From an uncultured bacterium (GTDB taxonomy: Bacteria > CAYUVA01), in assembly GCA_964448115.1 (NCBI GenBank), contig CAYUVA010000001.1, forward strand, positions 124,001 through 177,279: a stretch of DNA of 53,279 nt. Direction: 5' to 3'. Positions 27,060 to 37,033 of this stretch are shown one piece after another (positions within the stretch are counted from its first letter, which is position 1; each line of letters opens with the position of its first letter). Below the pieces are notes generated by a model. That model searched no databases, had not been told where the DNA came from, and saw only the letters and a list, made by a program, of their open reading frames with translations. Both the position numbers and the translations under genes were made by a program.

Positions 27060-29279
27060 TTATTCTAGTGTCGTGGATTTGATTCTATTTTTGATAAAAA
27101 ATGGATAAAAAAACTTTAGGTGGTGTTGCCTGATTTCACCTATTTTGGGTGGTTGGATCGGTTTTTGTCCTGCTGCGAGTTTTTGCAGGGCAGTAAGAAG
27201 TTCGGCATTCTTGGCGTTTCCCTTGAGATAAGGCTCGAACAGCCTCAGAATGGCTGCCGATAGCTTGCTTGCATCATCACCGGCATTGCTCATCAGGTAG
27301 GTAATGTTCCAGAGTGCTTTTATGGCAAGGTCTTCGGATTCTTCCGATTCAAGTGCTATCAAACTAAGGGCAATCAATGGAAAGATATCCGAAGGCTCTT
27401 TATTGAAAGACAAGACAAGATGATTTACCGCAGGTTCAACCAATCCGAGGCGATATTGCAGGATCGCTATGTGGCTAAGCAGTGTCTGATCGTCTGGGTC
27501 GTACTGCTGTGCAGCCCTATAGAATTCAAAAGCGGATTGCGTATCGCCATCGATCAGGCTGCGATCACCGCGCTTGCGCAACACGCGAGCTATCGATTTG
27601 ATTACTTTATCTATATCGTGATGATGCGCCAGGCTCTTCCGGTACCAGAACTCTGCATCCTCATAATGACCAGCAGACTCGTAAGCCAAAGCAACGCAAT
27701 ACCTGGAATCAGGGGAGCGGAACCTCTGCGCCGCCGACTCAAGTTCTGGAAGCCACTTGATAAAATAATCTGGAAGGTTTGCAGGCGGCATGAATTCATC
27801 GAGGCTGCCGCTAAGCAAGAACATCTCCTCGAGAGGCGTTGACAGTAGATCCCGATAAAAATGATTATTGATCAGCGAGGTTGTGATCACGAATCCATTG
27901 TTCATATCCCTCTTGATAAGCTCTCTCTGCTGGGCTGTTGGCTTGAGCACCCACCATGTGGCTAAGAAAATAGCAAACATTGCAGCCGCCTTGAGCATGT
28001 TTCTCGGGTTGATTGAGCCTATCAGCTCGATAAACCTGACTATTGAAGCGGCAGCGAAGATCATCAAGACCGGCAAGATAACGATACGATACCTGCTTAC
28101 CACGAAGAAGGCTATTACCGATGCCGAGTAAGTTATTATAAATAAATATAGTATCAACAGATGAGATCGGCGAGGGATGCTTATGATCATTCCAACCACT
28201 GCCATCGAGATTATGGCTCCATAATCGAGTGGCGATAGCCTTAATAAAGGTGAAAATAGCTCCATGAAATACCAGCTCATGTTATCGGGCAGCTTGTATG
28301 AACCCCAGAATAGCCTGCATTTACGCCACAGCAGCCTGGTGAAATCACGAGGCTTGCTTTTTATCCAAAAAATGCTCTGCCTGAACCAATATCGAGAAGC
28401 CTCGGTTGCGCTCAGCTTTCCCCCTAGTTTTTTCTCCAGGACCACGCTGAAGCTGATCCGCTCTACCTGTGGATTTGCCACCATGAATGGCGGGGGACGA
28501 AAGGAGCCATCGGCTGTCGGATTGTTTCCGATATAGAAATTCTGTCCCGCCTGTGCGGTGATCAGAACCGGCTCCTTGGCGATTATTGAATTACGGATGC
28601 TCGGCAGCGATATGACCATCAGCGCAGAAGCGGCAAAGGCAAAAGCTGGCTTGATCCCTGGGAGCAATCCCCTATTCCAAGCCCCTCTAAATAGAAGCCA
28701 GAGAACTACGATAGGCAAGAAGATAAGCAGGTTTCCCCTCACCATGCAGGCAAGCGCTGCGATAAAACCAGCCGCAAATAACAAATACGGCTTAGGCTCA
28801 GTGCTGCCATTCCCCGCGCCAGAAACAAGAAGATATAAAAAAAAGGTGGATAAAAAGATGCCCAGGCTGGTCTTTTCGATCATCCCCTCGAACATGACGA
28901 ATTCGAGGTAGGTTGCGTATATGATCGCTGCTGCGCTTGCGACCCTGGTATTAAGCAGCCGGCTTGCGAGCAGGTAGATTAGCATCCCGGTCGCGCAACC
29001 GAGCACTGCCTGGATTATACGAACCATCATGTACGAATGCCCGAAGATACTATATACAAAAGCGAGAAAATAAGGATATAACGGATCTTGATAGAAGACC
29101 TCCTTGCCGATCCATCCTTCGCTTAGTATCTTTAGCGCCCAGGAATCATAGCTATAGGGATCGAGAAACAATATATGGAAATAGAGGCTGTTCGACTGAC
29201 TGACCAGGTATATGATGCGAGGGACTGCCAAGAGCGCGAGGATCACGATCAGCCACCATCTATCTTTCCTGTAAGCCAT
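27060..29279 (-). CDS. GT-C (GT39/ArnT/PMT-like) membrane glycosyltransferase with C-terminal TPRs
   Basis: First-loop DPYSYDSWA, YQDPLYPYFLA, NFYIGNNP.ADG, SRYR; many TM segments; TPR-like tail. Confidence 0.85.
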   Translation of the reverse strand: MAYRKDRWWLIVILALLAVPRIIYLVSQSNSLYFHILFLDPYSYDSWALKILSEGWIGKEVFYQDPLYPYFLAFVYSIFGHSYMMVRIIQAVLGCATGMLIYLLASRLLNTRVASAAAIIYATYLEFVMFEGMIEKTSLGIFLSTFFLYLLVSGAGNGSTEPKPYLLFAAGFIAALACMVRGNLLIFLPIVVLWLLFRGAWNRGLLPGIKPAFAFAASALMVISLPSIRNSIIAKEPVLITAQAGQNFYIGNNPTADGSFRPPPFMVANPQVERISFSVVLEKKLGGKLSATEASRYWFRQSIFWIKSKPRDFTRLLWRKCRLFWGSYKLPDNMSWYFMELFSPLLRLSPLDYGAIISMAVVGMIISIPRRSHLLILYLFIITYSASVIAFFVVSRYRIVILPVLMIFAAASIVRFIELIGSINPRNMLKAAAMFAIFLATWWVLKPTAQQRELIKRDMNNGFVITTSLINNHFYRDLLSTPLEEMFLLSGSLDEFMPPANLPDYFIKWLPELESAAQRFRSPDSRYCVALAYESAGHYEDAEFWYRKSLAHHHDIDKVIKSIARVLRKRGDRSLIDGDTQSAFEFYRAAQQYDPDDQTLLSHIAILQYRLGLVEPAVNHLVLSFNKEPSDIFPLIALSLIALESEESEDLAIKALWNITYLMSNAGDDASKLSAAILRLFEPYLKGNAKNAELLTALQKLAAGQKPIQPPKIGEIRQHHLKFFYPFFIKNRIKSTTLE

Positions 29280-29439
29280 GATTTCGCTTATGATATCACT
29301 AAAAAATGGTAAGTGAAAAATTGATCAGGTGATTCTGGGGTATAGTAAAATATTCTTACCTCTCAGACCGTTGCTTGAAAATATATGAATAAGCGATAAT
29401 AATGAAACTGAAAGTTAGCTAATCCAAGGAGTGAATGAT

Positions 29440-29754
29440 ATGAAAGGTTTCAACATGAACATCCTGAAGCAAGCCAAAGAGATGGCACGCAAGCTGGAGG
29501 AAGCCAAGGAGTCGCTAGCAGACATTATCGTCGAGGCATCCTCTGGTGGGGGCATGGTTACAGCATCTACCAATGCTGCCGGCAAACTGGTATCGATCAA
29601 GATCGAACCGGAGGTGGTCGATCCCGATGATGTCGAGATGCTGGAGGATCTGATCGTGGCTGCCGTAAGCGAGGCCCTGGAAAAGGCACAGCAGGCAGCA
29701 AACCAGGAGATGGCAAAGATAACCGGTGGCATGAATATACCTGGACTCACCTGA
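29440..29754 (+). CDS. ybaB: YbaB/EbfC nucleoid-associated protein (ATG 29440 preferred)
   Basis: SSGGGMV, DPDDVEMLEDLIVAAV, TGGMNIPGL; upstream of recR; AAGGAG RBS. Confidence 0.95.
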   Translation: MKGFNMNILKQAKEMARKLEEAKESLADIIVEASSGGGMVTASTNAAGKLVSIKIEPEVVDPDDVEMLEDLIVAAVSEALEKAQQAANQEMAKITGGMNIPGLT

Positions 29755-29806
29755 AGAATAGAAACGGCAGCAACTATCAAGTAAACAGCTTATTTAACCA
29801 TTTCTG

Positions 29807-30409
29807 ATGAACTACCCAAGTTCGCTGATCCGGCTGCTCGATGCGCTGAAAAAGCTACCCGGCATAGGAGAAAAAAGTGCCCGAAGGATAGCTTTTTACA
29901 TCCTTTATCGCCCCATGGAGGAGATCCTGCCCCTGATCGAGGCACTTAAAGATGTCAAGCAGAAGATCGGCTCCTGCCGCAGGTGCTTTAATATAGCCGA
30001 AGGGGAGCTTTGCCCGGTATGCTCGGACCATAAGCGAGCGCAATCGGGCACTATTTGCGTGGTCGAGGAGGCATCGGATCTTTTATTGATCGAAGGCACC
30101 AATGAATACAAGGGGCTTTATCATGTCCTTGAGGGGGCTATCTCGCCGCTTAAGGGCATCACCCCCCAAGACCTGCGAATAAAGGAGCTGCTTCAAAGGG
30201 TGCAAAGCGAGAATATAAAAGAGGTCATTCTGGCCATGGATACTAATGTCGAGGGTGAATCGACCGCTATGTATCTCATGAAGCAGCTAAAGCCGCTCGG
30301 CATCAGGGTAACCCGCCTTGCCCAGGGACTACCGTTAGGCAGCGAGCTGGAATATACCGATGCGATAACCATGGCTCGCGCCCTGAAAAGCCGTGTTGAG
30401 ATGCAATAA
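29807..30409 (+). CDS. recR: Recombination mediator RecR
   Basis: LPGIGEKSARR, C4 zinc finger, ICVVEE, YHVLEG.ISP, EGESTA TOPRIM motif. Confidence 0.97.
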   Translation: MNYPSSLIRLLDALKKLPGIGEKSARRIAFYILYRPMEEILPLIEALKDVKQKIGSCRRCFNIAEGELCPVCSDHKRAQSGTICVVEEASDLLLIEGTNEYKGLYHVLEGAISPLKGITPQDLRIKELLQRVQSENIKEVILAMDTNVEGESTAMYLMKQLKPLGIRVTRLAQGLPLGSELEYTDAITMARALKSRVEMQ

Positions 30410-30422
30410 ACGGAGATAAAAC

Positions 30423-31373
30423 ATGAGACTCGCTCGCATCTTATATAACGACAAGGCATCCTATGCGTTGGTGGTAAATGATGGCATTTTGCCATTGGAT
30501 AGGCTTCTCAAGGGGATTCCTTTAGACCTTAGAACATTTTTATTTAAAGGCTGGAGCGAACGAATACAAAAAGCATTGGAAAAGATCCCTGATTCCTGGC
30601 TGAAAGAAAAGGTGATCCCCTTTGATAAAAGCAGGATACTTTGTCCGGTCACGGAGCCGACTAAGATAATCTGCCTTGGCAAGAACTACCTTGAACACGC
30701 CAAAGAGACCGGCAGCAAACCCCCTAAGCGCCCGCTTTTGTTCTCCAAGGCAAGCTCAGCGCTATGCTCTGCTTACGATGATATCGTAAAGTGGCACAAT
30801 GTCATCCTCATGGATTACGAGGTCGAGCTTGGGGTTATCATCGGCAAACAAGCCAAGAACATCAAGGCTGGCGATGCCATGGACCATGTGTTCGGATACA
30901 CCATCGTCAATGATGTGAGCTGCCGCGAGATGCAAAAGGGAGAAAGACAGTGGTTCAGGGGAAAAAGCCTCGACACTTTCTGTCCGGTAGGTCCCTTTAT
31001 TGCAACCAGGGAGGAGGTGCCAAACCCCCATAACTTGAGGCTTCAATCCCTGGTAAACGGAGAGGTTCGACAGGATTCGACCACCGCCGAGTTCATCTTC
31101 GATATCCCGACCGTAATCGAGGATATATCATCGGTAATGACCCTGATGCCTGGGGATCTGATAGCTACCGGTACACCGTCTGGAGTGGCACTTGGCGATG
31201 CGGTAGATCTACTCGATGCGGTTCTATCAGGAGATTACATGGATGCTATCTTGCGAGATGAGACCCTAGCCAGGAAGTACTCGCGCTTCTTGCAGCCGGG
31301 CATGACGGTTCGCTGCCAGATCGATGGATTGGGATATCAGGAGAATAGGATAATCGCTGACACGAATGAATAA
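30423..31373 (+). CDS. Fumarylacetoacetate hydrolase family protein
   Basis: KIICLGKNY..H..E, DYEVELG, NDVS.R, KSLDTFCPVGP, TGTPSGV. Confidence 0.93.
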   Translation: MRLARILYNDKASYALVVNDGILPLDRLLKGIPLDLRTFLFKGWSERIQKALEKIPDSWLKEKVIPFDKSRILCPVTEPTKIICLGKNYLEHAKETGSKPPKRPLLFSKASSALCSAYDDIVKWHNVILMDYEVELGVIIGKQAKNIKAGDAMDHVFGYTIVNDVSCREMQKGERQWFRGKSLDTFCPVGPFIATREEVPNPHNLRLQSLVNGEVRQDSTTAEFIFDIPTVIEDISSVMTLMPGDLIATGTPSGVALGDAVDLLDAVLSGDYMDAILRDETLARKYSRFLQPGMTVRCQIDGLGYQENRIIADTNE

Positions 31374-33525
31374 ATGCCCTCTGACAGTCGAAGGTGAAAA
31401 CTGCTGGCGCAAGGTTAAGGCACGGCGAGCAGCACTTCTACTGAACGGAGAGCGTTACTTCAGGGCTTTTGTTGATGCCTGCAAGTCCGCACAACACAGC
31501 ATATACATCACCGGCTGGGAGATCCACAGCCGCATCAGGCTGGTAAGAGACGGCAGCGAGACCGAATATCCCATCGAACTAAGGGATTTTTTGAATGACC
31601 TGGTGGAACGCAAGCCCGATTTAAGGATATATATCCTTATATGGAATCACTCCATGATCTTCACCCACAAGCGCGAGCTTTTTCCCTGGTATCATCTCGG
31701 TTGGCGCACTCATAAACGAGTTAAGCTATTGCTAGATAATCATGTCCCTCTTGGTGGCTCACAGCACAGTAAGATAGTGGTGGTCGATGACAAGGTCGCC
31801 TTCTGCGGTGGCTTGGACCTGACCTGGCATCGCTGGGATACCAGTCAGCATCACTTGTACGATGAACGACGGCGGGATCCCAAGGGGCGGCTCTATGGAC
31901 CCTACCATGATGTGATGCTGGCTGTAGATGGGGAGGCTGCTCATGCGCTCGGTGAGCTGGTGCGAGATCGCTGGAACAAGGCTGGCGGTGGAATCCTGGA
32001 GCCACCCTGCCAAAGCGAGGAAGATAACTGGCCATCAAATATAGAAGCGGACTTTGAAAACATCACCATCGCTATTGCAAGAACCGAGCGCTCGGTAAGT
32101 GGCAAACAGACGGTCCGCGAGATTGAGGCGCTTTATTTGGACTCCATAGCAGCAGCACAGAACTACATATACATCGAGAATCAATACATCACCTCGCCTT
32201 TAATCGCCCAAGCGCTCGAGGCAAGGATCTCGGAGCCTGGTGGACCCGAGGTAGTCATGGTTAGCTCCTACCGATCGCCGAGCTTTTTGGAGCGAACCAC
32301 ATTGGACATCCTGCGTACTCGCTTGATCAAGCGTCTATACTCTGCCGATAAGCAATATCGTCTTCGTGCCCTTGCTCCGGTCATACAACATGACTCCATA
32401 CAGGCTCATACACTAGTCCATGCCAAGATATTCATAGCCGACGATTGCTTTCTAAGGATCGGCTCATCCAACCTGACCAATCGCTCCATGTCGCTGGATA
32501 TAGAGTGCGATCTTGCAATCGAGTGCGAGGGGGATCCACAGAAAATCGAGCGGATAAGATACTTGCGTGATAAGATTATCGCAGAACATCTTGGCGCTAC
32601 TGTATCGCATGTATCCGATACTATAGCCCAAAAAGGCTCTTTAGTTGCCGGCATCGATGCGCTCAGAAATGATCAAGGACATACATTGATGCCAATCTAT
32701 GATCTGCCGGATCCATTCTTCGAGGCAGTGCTGCCCGAAAAGACCGTTATCGATCCCGAAGAGCCGATCAGCTCCGATATCATCCTGAGGTCTATTATCA
32801 AAGAACTAGGGCGCGGGGAGGCATCGATCTATCGTCCATTTTTCTTAAGTGGCGGGCTTTTGGTGGTATTATTGCTACTAATCGGCATCTGGAGCTACAC
32901 TGATATCAGTCAATTCATCGATCTTAGCAGCATAAGCAGTATTCTGGATCCCTTGCAATATGGCTTTACCGGGTTTGCAGCAGTGGTCGGGACATTCATT
33001 CTGGGAGGCTTTCTTCGCATCCCAGTTACCATGTTGATGGTGCTTACCGCCCTTGTCTTCGGTCCCTGGCGAGGGAGTGCGTATTCGTTTATCGGGGCGA
33101 TGGGGAGCGCACTTATCCTTTACGCTCTGGGCAGGAGCATGCACAAGGATATCATAAGACTCTTAGCAGGGAAATACTTAAGCAGACTCTCTAAAACGAT
33201 GGGAAGGCAGACGATGTCAATGATAGCGGCACTAAGGGTAGTTCCCATCGCTCCATTCACGCTGGTCAATCTTATTAGCGGAGCGTTCCGGGTAAACATT
33301 TTCGCATACACACTGGGCAGTATCATCGGCATGGCGCCGGGGATCCTGATCCTCTCATTTTTCTCGGACCAAGCCCGGCTGGCTGTTCAATTTCCGAGCC
33401 TGACCAACATTATTGCCCCGATTGCTATCTTGTTCATTTTCGCCTTGATCGGGGAGATAATTCGAAGATGGCTCAATGAGTCCCTAGAACTGGGTCGATT
33501 ACGAAGAAAAACAGAAGGCTATTAA
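31366..33525 (+). CDS. Phospholipase D family protein fused to a VTT/DedA (SNARE-associated) membrane domain
   Basis: Two HKD motifs (HSKIVVVD, HAKIFIAD); C-terminal LRVVPIAPF...G..PG DedA motif. Confidence 0.92.
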   Translation: MNKCPLTVEGENCWRKVKARRAALLLNGERYFRAFVDACKSAQHSIYITGWEIHSRIRLVRDGSETEYPIELRDFLNDLVERKPDLRIYILIWNHSMIFTHKRELFPWYHLGWRTHKRVKLLLDNHVPLGGSQHSKIVVVDDKVAFCGGLDLTWHRWDTSQHHLYDERRRDPKGRLYGPYHDVMLAVDGEAAHALGELVRDRWNKAGGGILEPPCQSEEDNWPSNIEADFENITIAIARTERSVSGKQTVREIEALYLDSIAAAQNYIYIENQYITSPLIAQALEARISEPGGPEVVMVSSYRSPSFLERTTLDILRTRLIKRLYSADKQYRLRALAPVIQHDSIQAHTLVHAKIFIADDCFLRIGSSNLTNRSMSLDIECDLAIECEGDPQKIERIRYLRDKIIAEHLGATVSHVSDTIAQKGSLVAGIDALRNDQGHTLMPIYDLPDPFFEAVLPEKTVIDPEEPISSDIILRSIIKELGRGEASIYRPFFLSGGLLVVLLLLIGIWSYTDISQFIDLSSISSILDPLQYGFTGFAAVVGTFILGGFLRIPVTMLMVLTALVFGPWRGSAYSFIGAMGSALILYALGRSMHKDIIRLLAGKYLSRLSKTMGRQTMSMIAALRVVPIAPFTLVNLISGAFRVNIFAYTLGSIIGMAPGILILSFFSDQARLAVQFPSLTNIIAPIAILFIFALIGEIIRRWLNESLELGRLRRKTEGY

Positions 33526-33556
33526 AAGGATAAGAGCCTCATGTAAAAGTTTGCTC

Positions 33557-33631
33557 CTCGGCGAAGTCGCGGGGACTCAAAGAACGCAAAGAAATGATTT
33601 TCTTTCTTTTTGCCTTTGTGCCTTAGCGAGA
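33557..33631. repeat. Dispersed 8-nt-periodic repeat, copy 3 (degenerate inverted pair between convergent genes)
   Basis: CTTTTTGCCTTTGTGCCTTAGCGAGA at 33606-33631, with a decayed partner (…ACTCAAAGAACGCAAAG) upstream. Confidence 0.5.
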
Positions 33632-33716
33632 CAAACTCCCATGTTGCCTGTCTCATTAACCACCAAAGAATATCCTTCTTGTCTTCGCTTCTAGCGCTAA
33701 GCCCTAAGCCTTCCTC

Positions 33717-35129
33717 TCAATATTGCCTGCGAACCCTGAAAATATGCCTTAATACACGATCCAATGGGATAAGATATGTTCGGCTATAACGATAGATATA
33801 GGTAAGGAAAAAGATCCCCTCGAAGACTATGTTTCGCCTTAACTTAACCAATCGCTTAATAATGCCCGTAAGCCATGGAAAGCGAATGGGCAGGTAAAAC
33901 AACTTCTGTAGATTGACCAGGGCATTGATGTCATCGTTCTTTATTATGCTATCGCTGAAGTATGAGCTGGAAAAATCGTCTAGTGTATAGTTCTCCTTAA
34001 GATACCCACGCTTCAGGCAGTAATCCTCAAGCTCTGTGCGGGGATATGGCTGTACTATTGAACTCCACGGATAGTCTATGTTTGCCTGCTGGTTTATTTT
34101 TATGGTCTCAAAGGCTTTTTCGAGTGTTTCTCCAGGCAATCCGAGCATATTGAACGAGCCTATCTTGATACCATACTTACGAAGCAATCGAGCGGTGCTA
34201 AGTATCTGCTCTCTACTAATTCCCTTTTGAAGCACCTCGTTTCGCAGATGATCGTCTCCGCTCTCGATCCCAAAGTATGCAACATGGCAACCAGATCGAG
34301 CCATGGCGACTATTATAGGCTCGGCTATCAGGTTAGCTCTGATAAGGCATGAATACGGCAATCCGACCTTGTTCTTGTATTCATCGAGGAAATCGAAGAG
34401 CCACCTCTGATCCAAGCCAAATATCTCGTCATCGAATCGTACCTGCTTAAGCGGATATCGTTTCATAGTCGAGGTTATCATTGCTATAGCCTTATCTACG
34501 CTGTGGTGTCGGGTCATCTTACCAAGCCCCTTGTAAAGGCTTCGATAGCGGCTGTTGAAGCAGAAGGTACAATTGTAGGGGCAGCCACGCCCGGTAATGA
34601 AATGCTTGGAGGGGCTTTTACATAAAAAGGGATATCTTGAATAATATAGCTCCCTATCCGGCAGGGGGAGGATATCGAGGTCATGCAATAAGGGACGCAG
34701 CGGATTTTTTATTACACCATTTCCCGTGTTTACCCATAGATTCCTTATATTATCAATTTTGCCACCGTTATCTATCGCCTCTGCCAGCTCGAGCATCGCA
34801 TATTCTCCCTCGCCGATACAGATCATATCTATCCCTCGTTGTTCAATTACCTCGGGGAAAAAAGTGGGATGGGGACCACCCATTATGGCTGTGGCAGAGA
34901 GTGCCTTCTTGAGCTTAAGCAGCATGGAACATGCCCAGCGGTGCTCACCGGTGGTGCAATAGATGCCGATTATATCTGGATTATAGGCTCTTAGCGTACC
35001 AACAATATCATCCTCGCCTCCCTCGATGAAAAGCTCCACATGATGGTTATGCTGTTTCAGCAGGGCGCTAATATACATCGTGCCCATGAACTCGAACCAG
35101 AACCGCTGTATGAAGGCGATGCGAGCCAT
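33717..35129 (-). CDS. B12-binding domain radical SAM protein
   Basis: MGGPHPTFFP, GEGE, GRGCPYNCTFC, FDDEIF, FGIESG. Confidence 0.93.
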   Translation of the reverse strand: MARIAFIQRFWFEFMGTMYISALLKQHNHHVELFIEGGEDDIVGTLRAYNPDIIGIYCTTGEHRWACSMLLKLKKALSATAIMGGPHPTFFPEVIEQRGIDMICIGEGEYAMLELAEAIDNGGKIDNIRNLWVNTGNGVIKNPLRPLLHDLDILPLPDRELYYSRYPFLCKSPSKHFITGRGCPYNCTFCFNSRYRSLYKGLGKMTRHHSVDKAIAMITSTMKRYPLKQVRFDDEIFGLDQRWLFDFLDEYKNKVGLPYSCLIRANLIAEPIIVAMARSGCHVAYFGIESGDDHLRNEVLQKGISREQILSTARLLRKYGIKIGSFNMLGLPGETLEKAFETIKINQQANIDYPWSSIVQPYPRTELEDYCLKRGYLKENYTLDDFSSSYFSDSIIKNDDINALVNLQKLFYLPIRFPWLTGIIKRLVKLRRNIVFEGIFFLTYIYRYSRTYLIPLDRVLRHIFRVRRQY

Positions 35130-35250
35130 ATTGGATTACTTCCCTAGAAAGAGAACACAATTTTGCGCATCATAATTTCCCTGCCTCACCAATAGATCGG
35201 GATCCGCGCTGCTCTTGACATAAGATTCGTTTCGCCAACGGGCATCTCCA

Positions 35251-35379
35251 TGTTATTCCCGCTTCCCCTTACATCTCATTCACGCCCCGCATCAAGGGCG
35301 GGGTAAACTCCAGCGGGAATCCAGGCTGTTAGCCACGAAGTGACCACATAAATTCTTATCTGAACAACTGGATCACCGG
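35251..35379. repeat. REP-like palindromic element (ATTCCCGC...GCGGGAATCCAG type), decayed or nested
   Basis: TGTTATTCCCGC pairs with GCGGGAATCCA; internal hairpin CCCCGC-ATCAAGG-GCGGGG; partner half CTGGATCACCGG at 35368. Confidence 0.55.
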
Positions 35380-35437
35380 CGATCTAGTTGGGCATATCTA
35401 TTCTTGCACACATTGCACAAATGCTTCAACCTTGTTT

Positions 35438-37033
35438 TCATCTCAGATATCCAATACTCTCAAGTTGCCCTTTGACCCGCCTGGTATCGCTATCGAGAAT
35501 GCCAGAAGGCTTGAACCCAGGAATCATGGGGATATCCACATAGCGAGGCTCGATGCCATAATAATAATCATCATAAAGGTTGGCTAGCCACCTGCCATCC
35601 ATGTATGAAGGGATAGGCTCTCCCAGTAAATAAAGGATGTTAGGCGCGATGTCCATAATATGCATACCTTCAAGTTGCCTTCCCTGGGCGATCCCTGGTC
35701 CATGGGCTAAGAAGATTCCATAAGGCTGATGATAACCGCTGAAGATGTCGCGCATATAACCTTGTTCATCGAGCATCCTTTGACTGGTAACTCCGTAGAG
35801 CAAGAAGCCCCCATTCTCCTCGATTACGATATCAGCAGCGTTGTCCAGGCAGGGACCGTGATAGATATCCTCCTTGAATGCGACTGTCCTGAAGTAAGGT
35901 TTGCCACTTTTTTTATCCTTTAGAGAAGCCAGGTATTCGGCGACCTGTTTGCGTACTGCCTGGTAATCCTTTGTCTGCACGATGCCATCAGGATACCTAT
36001 CAGCGAGATTTATCATGAAGCCGTTCTCGACATAAAATGCCAGGAACCCATTTTTTTGTGGGTCATACAGGTTCTTTAGGATATCCCCGACGATGATCTT
36101 ATGCTTCACCGCGCCGAAGCCATGATCTGACATTACTACAAGGTCAGTCTCTGGCGATAGATTCTCCATAATGCGAAGCAGTATATTGGAGCATCCTCGA
36201 TAGTAGATATAGATTATATCCTTGAACTGGTTGCGATCCTTTAGTGATGTCTCCTCGAATCCCTCCTCGAAGTAGCGCCAGTAGTGGTGCTGGATGCGAT
36301 CCAGCGAGGTATAAACCACCCAAAAAAGGTGCCAGGGATGCTCCTCCAATAGGGACATGCTAACCTGGTAACGCTTTATCAGGCTCTCAAAGGTGTAGTT
36401 TGCAAAGTGGCGTGGATTCTCTACCGAAAAGCGCACATCAGCCATCTCGAAGCGATAACCCTGTATCAGGCTGGTGATATCGGGCGGATAGTATAGATTG
36501 CCCTGTCGATAAAAGGGGAATCCACTTAGGAGTATTCCATTTATCGGGGTAGCTGGACTTGTTGAGGGGATATTGATGGCGATGGTTCTCTTGTCCGAGG
36601 TCTCGATAAGCTCCCAGATTGCCTTACACTTTCTGTCATAAGAATTGGTGAAAACCATCTTAATATCACCATTTACGCCCGGCACCGACTTGAAGAAACG
36701 ATAGATATTATGCTTTCCAGGGTTGACGCCGGTGATAGCCGATGTCCAGGCAGCGGGAGATAATGGCGGCGTGGTTGACTTCAGCCTGCCATAAGCCCCC
36801 TTTTCAAGCAGAATCTCAAAGCCAGGGAGCTTGCCCATAGCCACTAGCGGCATAATGATCCTAAAGTCAGCGCCATCGAAGCCGGCGACAATCACCTTAT
36901 GATTAGGGATAGCCTTCATCGAATGGTCGTCTGAGCAGCCTGCCAACAGAAGAATCGCTATTACCAAGGATGCGATTATAGCGTGATGCCGTGATGTCGT
37001 GATACTGTAGCCTTTTCTTAGTCTATGAGACAT
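35438..37033 (-). CDS. Alkaline phosphatase superfamily (type I phosphodiesterase-like) lipoprotein
   Basis: LLAGC lipobox; GFDGAD, STTPPLSPAAWTSAITGVNPGKH, DRIQH, SDHGF. Confidence 0.9.
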   Translation of the reverse strand: MSHRLRKGYSITTSRHHAIIASLVIAILLLAGCSDDHSMKAIPNHKVIVAGFDGADFRIIMPLVAMGKLPGFEILLEKGAYGRLKSTTPPLSPAAWTSAITGVNPGKHNIYRFFKSVPGVNGDIKMVFTNSYDRKCKAIWELIETSDKRTIAINIPSTSPATPINGILLSGFPFYRQGNLYYPPDITSLIQGYRFEMADVRFSVENPRHFANYTFESLIKRYQVSMSLLEEHPWHLFWVVYTSLDRIQHHYWRYFEEGFEETSLKDRNQFKDIIYIYYRGCSNILLRIMENLSPETDLVVMSDHGFGAVKHKIIVGDILKNLYDPQKNGFLAFYVENGFMINLADRYPDGIVQTKDYQAVRKQVAEYLASLKDKKSGKPYFRTVAFKEDIYHGPCLDNAADIVIEENGGFLLYGVTSQRMLDEQGYMRDIFSGYHQPYGIFLAHGPGIAQGRQLEGMHIMDIAPNILYLLGEPIPSYMDGRWLANLYDDYYYGIEPRYVDIPMIPGFKPSGILDSDTRRVKGQLESIGYLR

